Assembly: GCA_051362555.1 (NCBI GenBank)
Contig: CM120641.1
Coordinates: 45,204,401-45,268,400 of the forward strand
Direction: 5' to 3'
Source of the DNA: Lingula anatina
Taxonomy: Eukaryota > Animalia > Brachiopoda
DNA: 64,000 nucleotides
Position numbers and translations under genes: made by a program. Shown piece by piece: positions 50,736 to 64,000 of this stretch; the first letter of the stretch is position 1; the number at the start of each line of letters is the position of its first letter. The notes beneath the pieces were generated by a model. It did not search any database. It was not told the DNA's origin and saw nothing but the letters and a program-made list of their open reading frames with translations.

Positions 50736-51686
50736 GTGAGGGCTGTCTTCACTTTTCTTGATTGTTCTCTAACAACTGGTGATAGTGATTTAATAAACTC
50801 AGCAGGCAATGTCTTTATTATTTGATGTTCACTGTTGACGTTTTCAATCTAGCAGAAACAGAAATGCTTTGTTACAATAGGAAGTCTATCTATTTGTAGC
50901 CGCAGAAGAAATTTCATTTGTCATTCTCAATTGAATTGCTCCGGAGAGTTGGATAAAGACCTTGCATCCTAAACGCAACCTGCCATTAGGGAAAACGCGA
51001 TAGATAAACATATTAACTATCTGTATTATTATAAAAATAAGGTAAGCGCTGCGTGAAAATTGAAACCATAAAAGCATTGATGGATCATTGATGGATTTTC
51101 AGATATATTTCACCTTTGGTGTCTGGTAAATTGCTCTGACTATTGCATTTCATATATACAGTTCTTATTTTAACAATGGAGATATCTAATTATTTTGTAA
51201 GCCCAACATGATGTTTTATGTGGTAAACCGACATTATAGCAGAGAAACCCCTGACATGAAAGCACTTATTCTGTAAAGAGAAAAATATCCATAGGGACGT
51301 TATTATTGATTAATCTTGATTACTGTAGTTTTCTGTTATGTGTCACTGTATATGCAGAACATGATCAAAATTGAATTTGCAGCAAATAGTCTATGCTATC
51401 TTTTATACAGTGTCTATTAGTTTTTTCTTTTTTTTTCTTATCTAAAAGTGAGTTGTCTCATGATTGTTAAGTCAAGCAATATAAGCTTTCACTTACTTTT
51501 GAAGCATTTTGAAACTCATTTTGATTATGTTTGGAAACTTAAACAGAATTCCCAAGGGGTACCTTTAAAAGAAAGTGTCTTTATTTGATTGATATGTGTG
51601 CAATGTACAACGACAGCCATACTGATCATGCCAAGAAATAAAAAAGACAGGCCTCAGTTTATCTGAAGATATTCACAAGCAGATGG

Positions 51687-51804
51687 CTGGGGTACATATA
51701 GCACTAACACTCGCCAATTTAGCCAAATGCTAAAATTGACTTAAATTGGCTAAACAAAAAGTGGTGATTCGGCTAAGCAAAGAAAATTGGTAGCGCTACC
51801 CCAG
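51687..51804. mobile_element. Small MITE, CTGGGGTA TIR, 5-bp TSD GATGG
   Basis: gatgg|CTGGGGTA ... TACCCCAG|gatgg with internal ttagccaa/ttggctaa subterminal motifs. Confidence 0.7.
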
Positions 51805-52595
51805 GATGGCTTCTGACATTTTTTGACCTGCCACCAAAATGAACACTTGAATCTATCACTTTTGTTTAATTAGGAAAGTGGCTGGTTTTCGAGCAGGTAG
51901 CCATGAAACTTTGATGGTATTTTGGATAATGCAGTTTGAAACTGCTCCAAATCTCCTGATAGAAGAGCTTTTACAACATAAATTGCAGCAGACAGGTGGC
52001 AGTGGCTTACTATCTGTATTGGATATGAGTATCCCTAGCAGCTCTCTTAAAGCATAGTTTCAATTATTCTGCCTCTGAAGTATTTGCTTTAATAACCTTG
52101 CAGCTAATTGGTAACTATTGATTGTTATGGCACTACTATACAGAATTTGCAGCCCAATACATTGGGAGAAGGGGAAAATGCTGTAATGCTTAAAGAATGT
52201 TTGTTAGTTTCACCCTGCCAGCCAGAGTTAGATTTTTGTTTTGTTAAAATGCATCATTGGGGATTATGTTCTCTTTTCTCTGTGTTGCCTTCTGTAGAAA
52301 TTGGAATTAATCATAAAAACAAGGTGGAAGATTGGTGTATTTGGTGTCTACACAATTGTAATATTTAATGGTTGGGTGGGCAGATTGTTGCAATTCTTAT
52401 CTGCTCTTAAAGGTGCATTAAACATTGTGGCACATTTCAAGTAACATTATGCTTGCCAACATCTGGATCCAAATGTAATGTTTTATAAATGTACTTTGGT
52501 GACTGTTCAGATACAAAAGATGACTAAGTTTTTGACTGCATACAGTGTGCTTAAAAAGTTTAGAAAATGTGTATTGATTGGAAGTGCCACAGTTA

Positions 52596-52825
52596 AGCCT
52601 AGTTCCCAACTACGTTTTGGACGCACGGTTTTTAGGTTCCTTGCATCTGGCTAGGACGTAGCTAGATCCCACGTAGTGGCTGTTGATCATGTTGAAAAGT
52701 TTCTACGTGTTGTTTGCGTCCTCCAAAAGTTGCACAATGGACGTGCTCCTCACGCACGAACTCCCATGTTTTTTGCATTTTTTTGGCCGTAGACAACACG
52801 TAGCAGCCCGGTTGGGACTTAGGCT
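52596..52825. mobile_element. PIF/Harbinger-like MITE, TSD TTA
   Basis: tta|AGCCTAGTTCCCAAC ... GTTGGGACTTAGGCT|tta; CpG-rich interior with repeated acgt motifs, suggesting a young insertion. Confidence 0.85.
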
Positions 52826-53487
52826 TTACAGGCCATTACCAGAGGCCTATTTCACTACAAAATTTTTAAACTTAAAAGTTGAAAGTTTTGTAATTAAATG
52901 ATTCAGAATATGTCTGGCAAAGCCAATTAGAACAAATTTCTTATTCTTTTGAATTTGTGAAACAAGCCCAAATTTCTCTAATAAATAGACTTTTATTGAT
53001 ATTTGCTGGGATAAAAAAAAGTAGTAAGAGAACTACATTCCATGAAGTTCATTTTTTACTGTTACAATGTATGTCCAGTTTAAGGTACCTGTCGGTGTTT
53101 AGATTTCACAAATGACTGGAAAATTAAAAATTTAGATCTCAGAAGTTGTGTTATAGATAGAATGTTTTTCACATTTGGTGTATCTTGGTTAAGAGTGGAA
53201 AAGAGTTAAAATTTCCAGCAAATTTGACTTTTATTGCTATATAAAGGATTAAGTTTATTGATTCCTTCAACAAGAGATTTGTTTCAGCAGTAAGTTATAG
53301 TTTCTTGTCTTGAGCACTATATGTTACAACAGATTGGGAAAAAATGTCAAAATTTGTATATCCCAACATATGTTCTCCAAACCATTTTCATTTAAGAAGC
53401 ATGCTTACTGTATTTCACATTTTATCACCCATTGTTTAAATAGATAGTGTTGTAGTTTGTAAATAGTAATTTTTCTCTTTTTTGTAG

Positions 53488-53579
53488 GACCGCCTTTATT
53501 TTGTGATGGAGTATGTGAATGGTGGAGATCTTATGTTTAGAATACAACAAGAAGGCAAGTTTAAGGAGCCAGTTGCTGT
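53488..53579 (+). CDS. PKC1: cPKC exon 10 (92 nt)
   Basis: tttgtag|[30 protein letters not shown](V)|gtaagt. Confidence 0.96.
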
Positions 53580-54019
53580 GTAAGTATTTAAAAAAGGTTA
53601 TTACCCTGCTGTCTCAGTGGATTGGTTTAATAATGGTCACTGTGGAGTTGGCTGACAACAGGGTGATTGGCTTTTGGTTGTAAATCAAAAGATGTGGTCT
53701 GTGGAGATATATTGTAGTGCAGGGGCTGCATGGTTTCATGTAAGAACTTTAGACAAAATTGGTTTTAATATCTAGTATGAAAATTAATCTTAATCTGCTA
53801 TCTTTGTTTGGTATGTTGAAAACTTCAAACAAACTTGTAATAAACATACTTATACATGTATGTAGGTTTGAAAATATAGAAGTTAGCCCTCATATTAGAC
53901 CTGAACCTCAGGGCATAAGTTAGTAACACGCACATAGGAGAGAGCAGAAAATAATATAAAGGAACAAAGCATAAAAGAACACCTGAAAACAGAGAATCAA
54001 TACTTAAAATGTGTAAGTT

Positions 54020-54192
54020 CGGTGGCAGATCCAGAAATGTTTTCTGACAGTCTTCCAAGTTATCTTTGTTGATCCATCCTCCATTTTTAACTGTCTTCTT
54101 ATAGAAAAATTAGACAACTTTAATGTAAACTTGAAATATTCTGACCATCTTCTGGAAGACCCAGAAGACAGCCTCCATCCCCCCCCCCCCTG
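54020..54192 (+). mobile_element. Family-B MITE, degenerate
   Basis: ttttctgacagtcttccaag ... ggaagacccagaaga shared with 27291; flanks (t/c)aagtt. Confidence 0.8.
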
Positions 54193-54916
54193 CAAGTTGG
54201 CAGTCTTGTAGGTGGCACTACTTTCAGTGAAGCAGTGCTAATCACATCACAGGCCAATGTGGAGCAATGGGTATGATATCATCTCCATATGAGGCAGCCT
54301 AGAAAAGAAAATAAAAGATCACCAAACAACAAAATATTGAATTTTCTCATCCATTGTGTGCTCATCTAAGATAAAGTACCCCTGTATCATGATAATCTAA
54401 GATAAAGTAGTGCCCTAGTCTGAAGTAATTTTGATGTATGAACACTCTAGGGATTTGTTTGAAATAATTTTGATATATGAACAGTTTATGATTTTATCTG
54501 GAACATGCAGTAATTACAAACTGAGAAAAAATGAGAGGTCTTCAGTGGCAGGTTATCTTCATCAAGTAGAGATTATTTACTTTTAGGGAGGAATCTTTAC
54601 CACAATGAGACATTGTTGATTCAACTCCCGTGCTAGAACAGTTTATTGTTAAAGCATAAATATTCATTTATTTATTAATCCACAAAAAAGTGTCTAATTT
54701 ACTGAAAGTTATGATTTTTTCAGTTCTTTTTTTTTTAAATTTTTGTTTAATTTATTTACCCATACTACAACTTGACAAAGTAAAATTGTACATTTAAGTT
54801 TGGCCCATTTGCCTAAATGGATAGGAGAAGGGCATAGCCACATGTGTTAGGAAAGTTTTCCATTTTTGACTGAAAATCAGCTAACTGTGCTCTTTAAAAT
54901 ATTTTAAAAAATTATT

Positions 54917-55753
54917 CAGGCCTACCCAACTACCAGACTCGGCACCTATGGATCCAGAATAAACCGGTATATCAGACCACACTATCCGTTTTCAAGGTGT
55001 GTCAGATCGCATTACAGAGTATCATACCCCATCACAAATTTTGTAAGTCTACCTGTCATCAGGGTATCACGCCTCGTTTTCGTCAAGTAGGAGTCGTATG
55101 AATACAACAACATTGCATGGCGACAGACGACTCCCTCAATCTCGTCAGGGGGTGGAAACGCGCTACTTATATGATTAAGACGAGTCTAGCCGTCAGTACT
55201 GGATATTGTTTTGTGACCTTGAGGAGCAATTTGGTTTGGTCGTTGCGGCACGCATGAACAGTAGTTGAACTACCACACCTGGGTCTTTTGTTTTTGACAA
55301 CTGTTCACTCGTCATCGAGGCGCTTGTTCAAGACTACAGGCTGATATCTACTAGTACTACCAGTGGCTTCATTAGTAACGTTCCACAATACTTAGTTTTC
55401 TGTCTGTGCGTACATACCCTGAAAAAAGCCAGCCTCGCTGACGAGAACAATGGACGTTTCTCACCCCATTCTAGGATTACCCCTGATCTCGTCCATCCCG
55501 CTAGTCATGAAAATAAAAAATTTTTAGCATAAACAGGGAAAATTGCAGCAGCGCATGAATATAGATGAGATGCACTACTTTCCAACCCTGCTTAGGATCA
55601 TTGCTATCACAAATCGCGCACCAGGCAAAATCGGTGTGGTGGCTGATACTCTGTAATGCAATCTGACACACACCTTGAAAACGGGTAGTGTGGTCTGATA
55701 TACCAGTTTATTCTGGATCCATAGGTGCCGAGTCTGGTAGTTTGGTAGGCCTG
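54917..55753 (+). mobile_element. Family-A element, long 837-bp form, 5-bp TSD TTATT
   Basis: ttatt|CAGGCCTACCCAACTACCAGACTCGGCACC ... GGTGCCGAGTCTGGTAGTTTGGTAGGCCTG|ttatt; extra ~520-bp CpG-rich interior at 55044-55561. Confidence 0.95.
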
Positions 55754-58321
55754 TTATTTATTTATAATCTCACTGACAAATACAAAGGATATGTCTGGCC
55801 AGGAACATGTTCCCGTTGATTGCTTGAAATATCACAGGGTGCTTTTCACCATTTTTGTAACAGACTGCTAGTGCCCCCTATTGTCAGAGAGAACAAATTT
55901 GTATATTTATATATTCTTTAATCCTGATACATGAACTTATCATGACATGGGTACTGGTTCTTTCAGCAAAAGTAACATCCATAATATCTTAAACACACAC
56001 AAAAAAAAAAAAAAAAGAAAAAGAAAAAAAGAAATAGACTGATTGTGCCATGTGTATTTGTGGACTTGTGAATTTTGTTCCATTAGTCTAACCAGTCGAT
56101 AATGCCATTAAACAGACATGTCATCGTGACTTTAAGTACTAGAAAATCAGTTTTCCCAGAACTTAATTAACTTATGTGGTTTCAGCTATTAGTCTTTGGC
56201 AGAATATCACCTGCCCTGTCTCTCTCTCCCTCATTCTCTCTTTTGTAGTAAGAGTGTCTGTTTTTTATCTCTGCTATCAGTGTCAGAAGAGTTGGAGTGA
56301 AGTATAATTTTAAAAAATATACCCAGTATATTGGAAAACCAATAAATGTTGTTAGGAGAGAATTTCTTAGTTACCTGTATATTCTAACAAATAACAGAAT
56401 TAAATATGGGTTGTCAGGGCAAATAAAAGATTCCCTTCCTTTATTTTGATCCAGTAATAGACCTTGATCCCAACCTTCCAAATCAACATTCTTGCTTCTT
56501 GAAAATGCTTGTTGCTATGGCGACATGCAAACCTTGATTTTTGGCCAATTTTTGGCCAATCTTTAGCTTCAAAGTTTTCTCATATGTGGTCCAAACCTTT
56601 GGTGGTCCATAGAATCACAAGTGGAGGGACCTAATATCAACAATAAGTATTTATTTCTTAAAGTCAGTCTTAACATTTTTGTGAGTAACCATAGTAACAA
56701 GTAGTTTTGGCAGGAAAGAATGGTGGTGGTGGTGGGGGGGGGGGGCAAGGGCTATCATTGGATAAAAATGTGTATTCTAACAAATATTTTTTTGAGACTC
56801 GTTACCTTGTATTTGATTTTTTTTTTGCCCTAGAAGGTATGATTTCCTAAAGCTGACACATCATAATAACTTCACTGGTTTAAAGTCAGGCATGTTGTTA
56901 TCTTTCAAAAATATGACAAATGTTTTATGCAATTATCTGCTAGAGCATTGATATGACCTGAGAAAGTGGTTCTTCTTCCACGCAAGAAGATTCCTTGTAC
57001 TGAGAGATCTCTTTATTGCTGACTGTGAATCACCTATAAAAATGCCATTATAGACTGGAATAATGGAAAGTAACTGCTAAGAAACCTTTCTCTGTCAGAC
57101 TTGGTATATAGATCCCAGACAAGATTGTAACCCTAAGTCAGTGTTGTTTTTTTAAACCTGGAATTACTAAAGCAACTTGAATATTGTTTTACATTTTAGA
57201 AAATGTAAAGGAAATTGTCATCAGATTAATGTGCAATTTCAAAAAATATTTTTGATTGATTTAGTTAAAATGGAATGTGCAGTACTGTAGTATAATTTCA
57301 AAAGATGTATGTATGTGTCAAGGATTTGGTCTTAAGCAGTAGTGGCCTTTGGGGCGAACAGTAAATCAAGACGCAAAACTGCATTGCACCTTTATTTTAC
57401 CAAGTTGATCTCAAAAACTTATCATTCAATATTTATGTTCTTACCTGATTCATGTATTGTATACCTTAGTTTTCACGAAAAATTCTATTTTTTTTTTTGA
57501 CATACTGTCCAGTATGTAACCATTTCAATCAGTAAGAGCCACGTAACAAAAATTTTAAATATTTTATATTAATTTTCCCTGAAATTTTAACAAATTTCCC
57601 TCAGTCACCAAGGAATTATATCTTTCACAAAACTATTTAGAAACTAACAACCTATAAACCAGTATTCAAGTTTTGAATTAAAATTTTTACCATTACAAGT
57701 GATGTTTGCCAGTTTCCATATCAATATTTCTGTTACAAGAAAACAAAAGACATGCAAAAGAAAATATACAAGATGGTTGTCATGCTGGAAATTCAGCTGC
57801 CTCTGACATCTTATGAATAATAGATGTAAAGATATGTTAGTAAATAGATATATATATAGGTCAATAAGTGATGATTATTCAGAAATTAATATATACTACA
57901 AATAATCATCATCAACATGAACTGTTTACTTTCTGAAAAAAGGGACAAATATTGGATTTGAGCATTGGAAAAAATTGCAATTAAGGTTCAATGTGCCAAG
58001 CAAATAGAGTAAATATTAATTCTGAAGATGAGGTAATTGTCAGGAAGTTTTTCAAAGGGATATCATGATGGATTTGAGGTTATGAATCCTAAACATAAAC
58101 AATCCCAAATGGTCTAAGAAAGTGCAAATCATGCCTATTTCTGTACTAAGTTTGTTCTGGATACACGAGTAATAGGTACAAATGGTTAAAATGAGTTCGA
58201 AATATTACCCACAATAATAACTAAATCAAAAACCCTTCACAGCATCTATTTTCATTGGTTGACAAGTTTGGCCAATGGGATAAGCCTTGCACTTCATCAC
58301 AGTAACTATATGACTTAGAAA

Positions 58322-58540
58322 CTATATCATCCAGTGAAATTATCAGTATACGTAGACCTTTCCAACTCCTTGGGGACTCTAGCTGAATACAATCAGTTTA
58401 ACAGATTAAGCTGGTGATTATGCAAGTATGCTGGAAACAAGGGGAGGCATGTTAATCTGCTAAACTGATTGCATTCAGCGAGAGTCCCAGAGGAGTTGGA
58501 ACATTCTAGGTAGAACGATAGTTAAATTGGGAACGAGCCC
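58322..58540. mobile_element. Palindromic Harbinger-like MITE
   Basis: ttccaactccttgggactctagctgaatacaatcagtttaacagattaa / ttaatctgctaaactgattgcattcagcgagagtcccagaggagttggaa; right end tgggaacgagccc. Confidence 0.8.
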
Positions 58541-58913
58541 TTCAAGTAAAATTGTTCACAAAATTCTGTCTTAGAGCAGAATTTGGATATTTGTATACAA
58601 TGTTTTGTTAAAAATATTTACAGGAAAAAAAATAGAATGATTTTCACAGGTAGAAATCAACATTGATTTTGGTTGTCTGGAGTGATAATGTAGTTTTATA
58701 ATGTGTAGGAATGATAAATATTTGCCCTTTTAAACACAATGCTATAAAATCTATGGTTGAAGTGCCTTTCATTTTAAGGCCATTTATGAAGTGTGCTGGC
58801 TTGATCCCAATCATTTGGAACCATTATTTTATTACACATTCTTATAATTTTGTCTTCATTAATTTTTTTATAGTTATATATGATAAATGCTTGTTATTTT
58901 AAATTATTTTCAG

Positions 58914-58976
58914 TTTTTATGCTGCAGAGATAGCTATTGGATTATTCTATCTTCATGGAAAGGGAGTGGTGTACAG
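58914..58976 (+). CDS. PKC1: cPKC exon 11 (63 nt)
   Basis: ttttcag|FYAAEIAIGLFYLHGKGVVY(R)|gtgaga. Confidence 0.95.
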
Positions 58977-59447
58977 GTGAGACATTTTGAGAATTTTTTC
59001 GTAATCTGGAATACATTTTGTGATTTAACTTTACAGATTCAGTTGATTTATTCAAGTTGAACACCCACTGGTTATAACATAGAAATTGCTTTTCACGATT
59101 TTTTTTACACCAATTTTATTTCTTTATCTTTTTTTAACTTTGTAATATTTAATATGGTTTATATTGTCAACATTGGACCTAGAATTTGAATTTTGACAAA
59201 AGACTTCCAATTTTTTTAGAGGCATCCAGTTTATTTATTTAAAAAAAGCATCATAAAATGAGTTTTATCTATGAAGCATTGTTTCGTACATGCATCATTT
59301 GACCAGCGAACATAAATACCTTCATTCCCAAAATCTGTCACACTGACCAATAGATAATATGCAGATTAAGGTATCAATTTTGTCAACTGTAGGCAACGGT
59401 CTTACTTATAACTTAACAAAATATATATGAAGGTCACAGCCTACAGT

Positions 59448-59736
59448 GAGCACACTCAGAGCAGATGATCCAAGGACTTACTGATCTGCGGACTAAATAT
59501 GGCCGACCCACTTAATAACTAAAAGGCTAATCTCCTGATGGTCTTCCTGCATCCACAGGCACCATTTAAAGGATTTAATCTCAGCTCTGAAGTTTAACTG
59601 CAAGGGCCCCGCAGGGACGGCAGGGGTAGAGGCGGGGAGACCATCAGGAGATTTAGTCGAATAGCTTTTAAGTGGGATGGCCATATTTTATCTGCAGATC
59701 TGTTAGTCTGTGGATCAACTTGTTCCAAATGCGCCC
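59448..59736. mobile_element. Palindromic MITE, family C
   Basis: gatccaaggacttactgatctgcggactaaatatggcc..ctaatctcctgatggtct / agaccatcaggagatttag..ggccatattttatctgcagatctgttagtctgtggatc. Confidence 0.8.
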
Positions 59737-60008
59737 AATGTTAAACAAATACCCATGTCGATATAATGCAGTATAATTGAAACTGCTCCAGCAGAAATTT
59801 GCAAATTTATTCAGTTACTGTTCACTAATTTCTGCTTTAGGCCAGTAGATTATCACATCTTAGTGGCTCAAAGAGCAACACAGGTTAAATGTTTTTGGCA
59901 CAGATTGTAGGTTTAGAACCTCATCCTTATGAACCTGTCTTAATTGTTTACCAGTATACCAAATATACACATTAAGGTGAATATCATGTCTTCTTGGCTG
60001 TCATTTAA

Positions 60009-60200
<192 letters not shown>

Positions 60201-61603
60201 TAAAGTCTGGGCACATAGGCAAAATAAATGTTTTCTTTAATAAAAAATGCACTACAATTTATTTGATTGAAGGCTTTATACATGTAGATAACAACATTTG
60301 AGTTATTTCTACCATTTGTGATGCAAAATCCAATGCATATTTAATTTGTAAAATGAAACTAAAATTGTCAGATAAAATTTTAATAGTAATTATAAGTTAT
60401 GAATAATACCATTTTCTCTGTATCAAGACTTTAGGGAAATCCTGTAAAATACATTGTAAATTTAATTAAAATGTTACATTTGCAGAACTATGTAGATCAT
60501 TCTGTTTTCCTGAGGTATATGTAGTTACACTTGTAAAATCATTCCAGCACCCAATGTTATTTCAAGACTTGATCAATTCCGAACATTATGAGTTTTTCAC
60601 TTCAGAACCTCTGATGACAGGTTTGCATGTAGTTTGTTAGCAGTCATGTAGTTTCTGATTATGCCTTTAAGGAACGGTTCTTGGAATTTGAGACGAAGAG
60701 AACTCACTTAAACGAATTATGAGGCTGCTTGCCGCCCAAGGACATTGATGTATACAGGGAGTGACAAACTTCTGTTACACAAAACATCACTTAATGCAAT
60801 CCTGTGTAGACAATAGGCCTGAACTCATGCCAGGATAACATGGCCCGTGGCCAAATAAGTTTGTCTTTTCTTTTTCTTTTTTTTTTGCTAAAGAGCTGGA
60901 TATATATACCTATGATATTGAGGAACATTTCTTGAATGTGGTATATGCTCTTGCTTTTGTGATTTACCTTAAAGTGATTTTCTGAAAGATAGGAAAAATG
61001 AAGAGAAAACTTCACAGATTTTTAATATACTTAAAAAAAGACTCCAACAATAAAAAAGTAATCTTTTTAACATATGACCAAAAAAAAAGTAGATGCATTG
61101 GTGATACATTGGTGATGCTTCATTAAGCTGTACACTATTATGTAAACATATATAGCCAGGGTGGGGAACATGAAACGAGTGAATTGAAAGCACATTAATG
61201 TAGAAATAATGGAATCAATTTTACCTTTGGGAAGCATCTATGTGTAATTGGAGGCAGAACAAGGTGGTAATCAAGAAAATTACAACATTTTAATGTGGAC
61301 TGATGGCGTAATGTCTGTAGTGCCTTGTAGGAATACGGGAGGGAATTTTAAAGATGGAGAATTTATGTATTGCAGGAGGAACAGACAACCTGTCAAGTAT
61401 GCCCCACACTGATGATTTATTTACGTAGACGCATAACCATTATGTAATCTTCATTAAAATGTGATTACTGCCATCGTCTGTATCTGTCTGGAAAATAAAT
61501 GAATGTAATTGAAGGAAAGTTTCCATGCTCTTTCTGAATTACACATTTCAGATTATTTATATTTTGATTTTTTTTAAGTGTGATAAAGCATCAAGGCAGC
61601 ATG

Positions 61604-61605
<2 letters not shown>

Positions 61606-61658
<53 letters not shown>
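61606..61658. repeat. (TG)n microsatellite
   Basis: Direct observation; similar runs at ~45079-45107 and 63680-63729. Confidence 0.95.
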
Positions 61659-61661
<3 letters not shown>

Positions 61662-61850
61662 TAAGTTTCTGGGTATTGCTGTACTTGATAGAAAGGACAA
61701 AGGTATACTTTTTAGTGGCATCACAAACTGCAACGTAGGGTATCAAATGTCTATGTGAAGAAGTCTCCATTTACATGTCGGATCTTTTCTGTTATATATA
61801 TTTGTTTATATGCTCTAGAGCAGTTATCAGTTATGTTTCCTTTCTTCCAG

Positions 61851-61931
61851 ATTGTACTATATCAACCCTATGGTAAAACTGTGGACTGGTGGGCATATGG
61901 TGTATTGCTCTATGAAATGCTAGCTGGACAG
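61851..61931 (+). CDS. PKC1: cPKC exon 13 (81 nt)
   Basis: cttccag|[27 protein letters not shown]|gtagga. Confidence 0.96.
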
Positions 61932-62753
61932 GTAGGATTCCAAGAGTGGCTTTAGGGAATAGAGATAATGGGTTTGAACTTTCTTTCACTCTCTGTCCGT
62001 CCATCTTTCCATCCCATCTTTTTCTATCCCATCTCATCTCATCCCATCTTATCCTGTTCCATCCCTTGTCCCGTCCCATCCCTTCTAGATGGATGGATAG
62101 ATAGATAAACACGTAGGTGGAAGCTTTTATTTTTGATTTAAAGAGAGGTGGTTAAATGTGTTTTTGCTAGTCTGCTTTGTTCAATTTTGGAAGTCCAAGT
62201 AGGTTGTATGTCTTCTAACAATCTTACTTTTTTATTGATCTAATTTTTTAAGCAGGGATGGGGAGGGGGTATGAATACAATTTCATGCACTTTTTTTTTC
62301 ATATTTGCCAGTCACTTTGTTAAGTAGTAATGTGTCTTTTCTGCTCAGGGATGAAAACAGAAAGCTTAGTCATAAATTATTAATTATGATTATGTCAGAT
62401 GACAATAGCCACACATCAAAAATACATAAGGTGCATGCAATTAACAAAGAATATGGTGTCAGTATAGTTTTTTCAATTTTAGCATCTTTGATGTCCTCCT
62501 TTTTATGTTTGGAATATCACATAACCTACTCAATCATTTAAATTACTATTATTATTACTATCTGTCAAGTTTATGTGACTGTAGCACAGAAAGATACAGT
62601 ATAATGTATAAACCATCATTCTGTCATATGCTCTTACGTCTTCAGAAACTATAAATGGCCACTATTTAGAATAGATATTTAGATTATGGTGGTGCTATGA
62701 CATATTCCAATAAGTACGAGATTAGGGAAGTATTTGATATGTATTTATTTTAG

Positions 62754-62861
62754 CCTCCATTTGATGGAGAGGATGAAGAGGAGCTATTTACTGCAATTAC
62801 AGACCACAGCGTGACATATCCACGGTCCATGTCAAAGGAGTCGGTCTCCATTTGCAAAGGA
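62754..62861 (+). CDS. PKC1: cPKC exon 14 (108 nt)
   Basis: ttttag|[36 protein letters not shown]|gtaggt. Confidence 0.96.
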
Positions 62862-62993
62862 GTAGGTCATGTTACACTTCTAATTACTAGATACCGTGAA
62901 TTTCAGAGATTACTGGAGACAGCGTAGACTTACTGATGGTGGGGTTTAGTTTCCAGTAAGTTCTGAATTTCAGGTAACTTAAGCATACAGGTG

Positions 62994-63151
62994 CAGACCC
63001 ATAGCCAGGGGGGGTTCGAAAGAACCGCCCCTTTTGCTGGGAAAAGGTCCACTCTGGGTAAAATTTGGTCTAGGTACATAAGTTTTTGGGGGAAAAGGTC
63101 CACTTTTTCAGAAAAAGAACCCCCCTTTTGAAATTGCTGGCTACAGGCCTG
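62994..63151. mobile_element. hAT-like MITE with 6-bp TSD CAGGTG
   Basis: caggtg|CAGACCCATAGCCAGGGGGG ... CTGGCTACAGGCCTG|caggtg; internal gaaaaggtccact repeats. Confidence 0.8.
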
Positions 63152-63678
63152 CAGGTGCATGTATGCAATTATACAAGGGCGTGTGCAGATATTCACACAT
63201 GCGTGCATTCACACACACACGCACACACACGCACACACACACACACACACACAGAGCTCGAGAAAAAGATTGAGAGACAGAGAGAGAGTGTGTGTGTGAC
63301 TGGGAGTAATATTTAAGTGAAATGTTTGTATTGATTATTTCTGATATTTAATTACATGAAATGACTGCCACAGTGACCAGTAACCATGAATGACCACTGA
63401 TCTGAATTGCACCTGATGACTTGTAGGTTTTAATAATAAATTGCTTCTCACTCGCTTTCGTGACATTTGGAAAGCAGTACAGTATGTTAAAATGATTTGT
63501 ACTTTTGTGGAATTAAAAATGAAGTTTCGGACTGTATCAATTTGATAAATGATTCATATATGCAGTGCCTTTCTGTTTCCAGTATTTACACAAGTGACCC
63601 ATATGCACAAAAAAGATTAACAATTGTGATGAGTACATTCTTCTTAGGATATATTCAGAAAGTAGGCCATTCTGTTAG

Positions 63679-63731
<53 letters not shown>

Positions 63732-63910
63732 ATACAACCTATAAATGTTATGAAAAATAATAATTATTGTCACATTTTCTTTAGCCTTATTCAAATCTGT
63801 TAGGCATTTCTCTGAAATTGACTTTCCTAAAATTCACATTTTACCAAATGTACATGAAAAGTGTTGTCTCTTATAAGTGATTATTTAGAAGCATTGTCTA
63901 CCTTGTATAG

Positions 63911-64000
63911 TTTCTGACCAAGAATCCTGCCAAGCGACTCGGATGTGGAGCCAATGGTGAGCGAGAGGTGAAAGAGCATCCATTTTACAGATTTATTGAC
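63911..64000 (+). CDS. PKC1: cPKC exon 15 (partial, runs off the window)
   Basis: gtatag|[30 protein letters not shown]... Confidence 0.95.

Overview
AT-rich invertebrate (metazoan) genomic DNA, most likely a mollusc or other lophotrochozoan. That assignment is an inference from the similarity of the kinase to Aplysia PKC Apl I and from a mollusc-type HINE element. Two genes lie head-to-head. An ARL4-family small GTPase with a single coding exon is on the minus strand (3464-4069). A conventional Ca2+/DAG-dependent protein kinase C is on the plus strand; I assembled 15 GT-AG coding exons from 8715 to the window end (595 codons, 3' end truncated). The PKC introns hold many non-autonomous transposons: several C(A/T)G-ended hAT-like MITE families with atypical 5-bp (one 6-bp) target-site duplications, palindromic PIF/Harbinger-like MITEs, and a ~1.9-kb Helentron-associated element carrying a 161-bp satellite array. 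Intron 2 also contains an antisense ~251-codon decayed ORF, possibly SGNH/LINE-ORF1-like, broken by one TGA, a 173-bp tandem duplication and a nested MITE-in-MITE. No prokaryotic systems or CRISPR arrays are present, and I recognised no RNA genes. All family assignments are by eye, without database searches.
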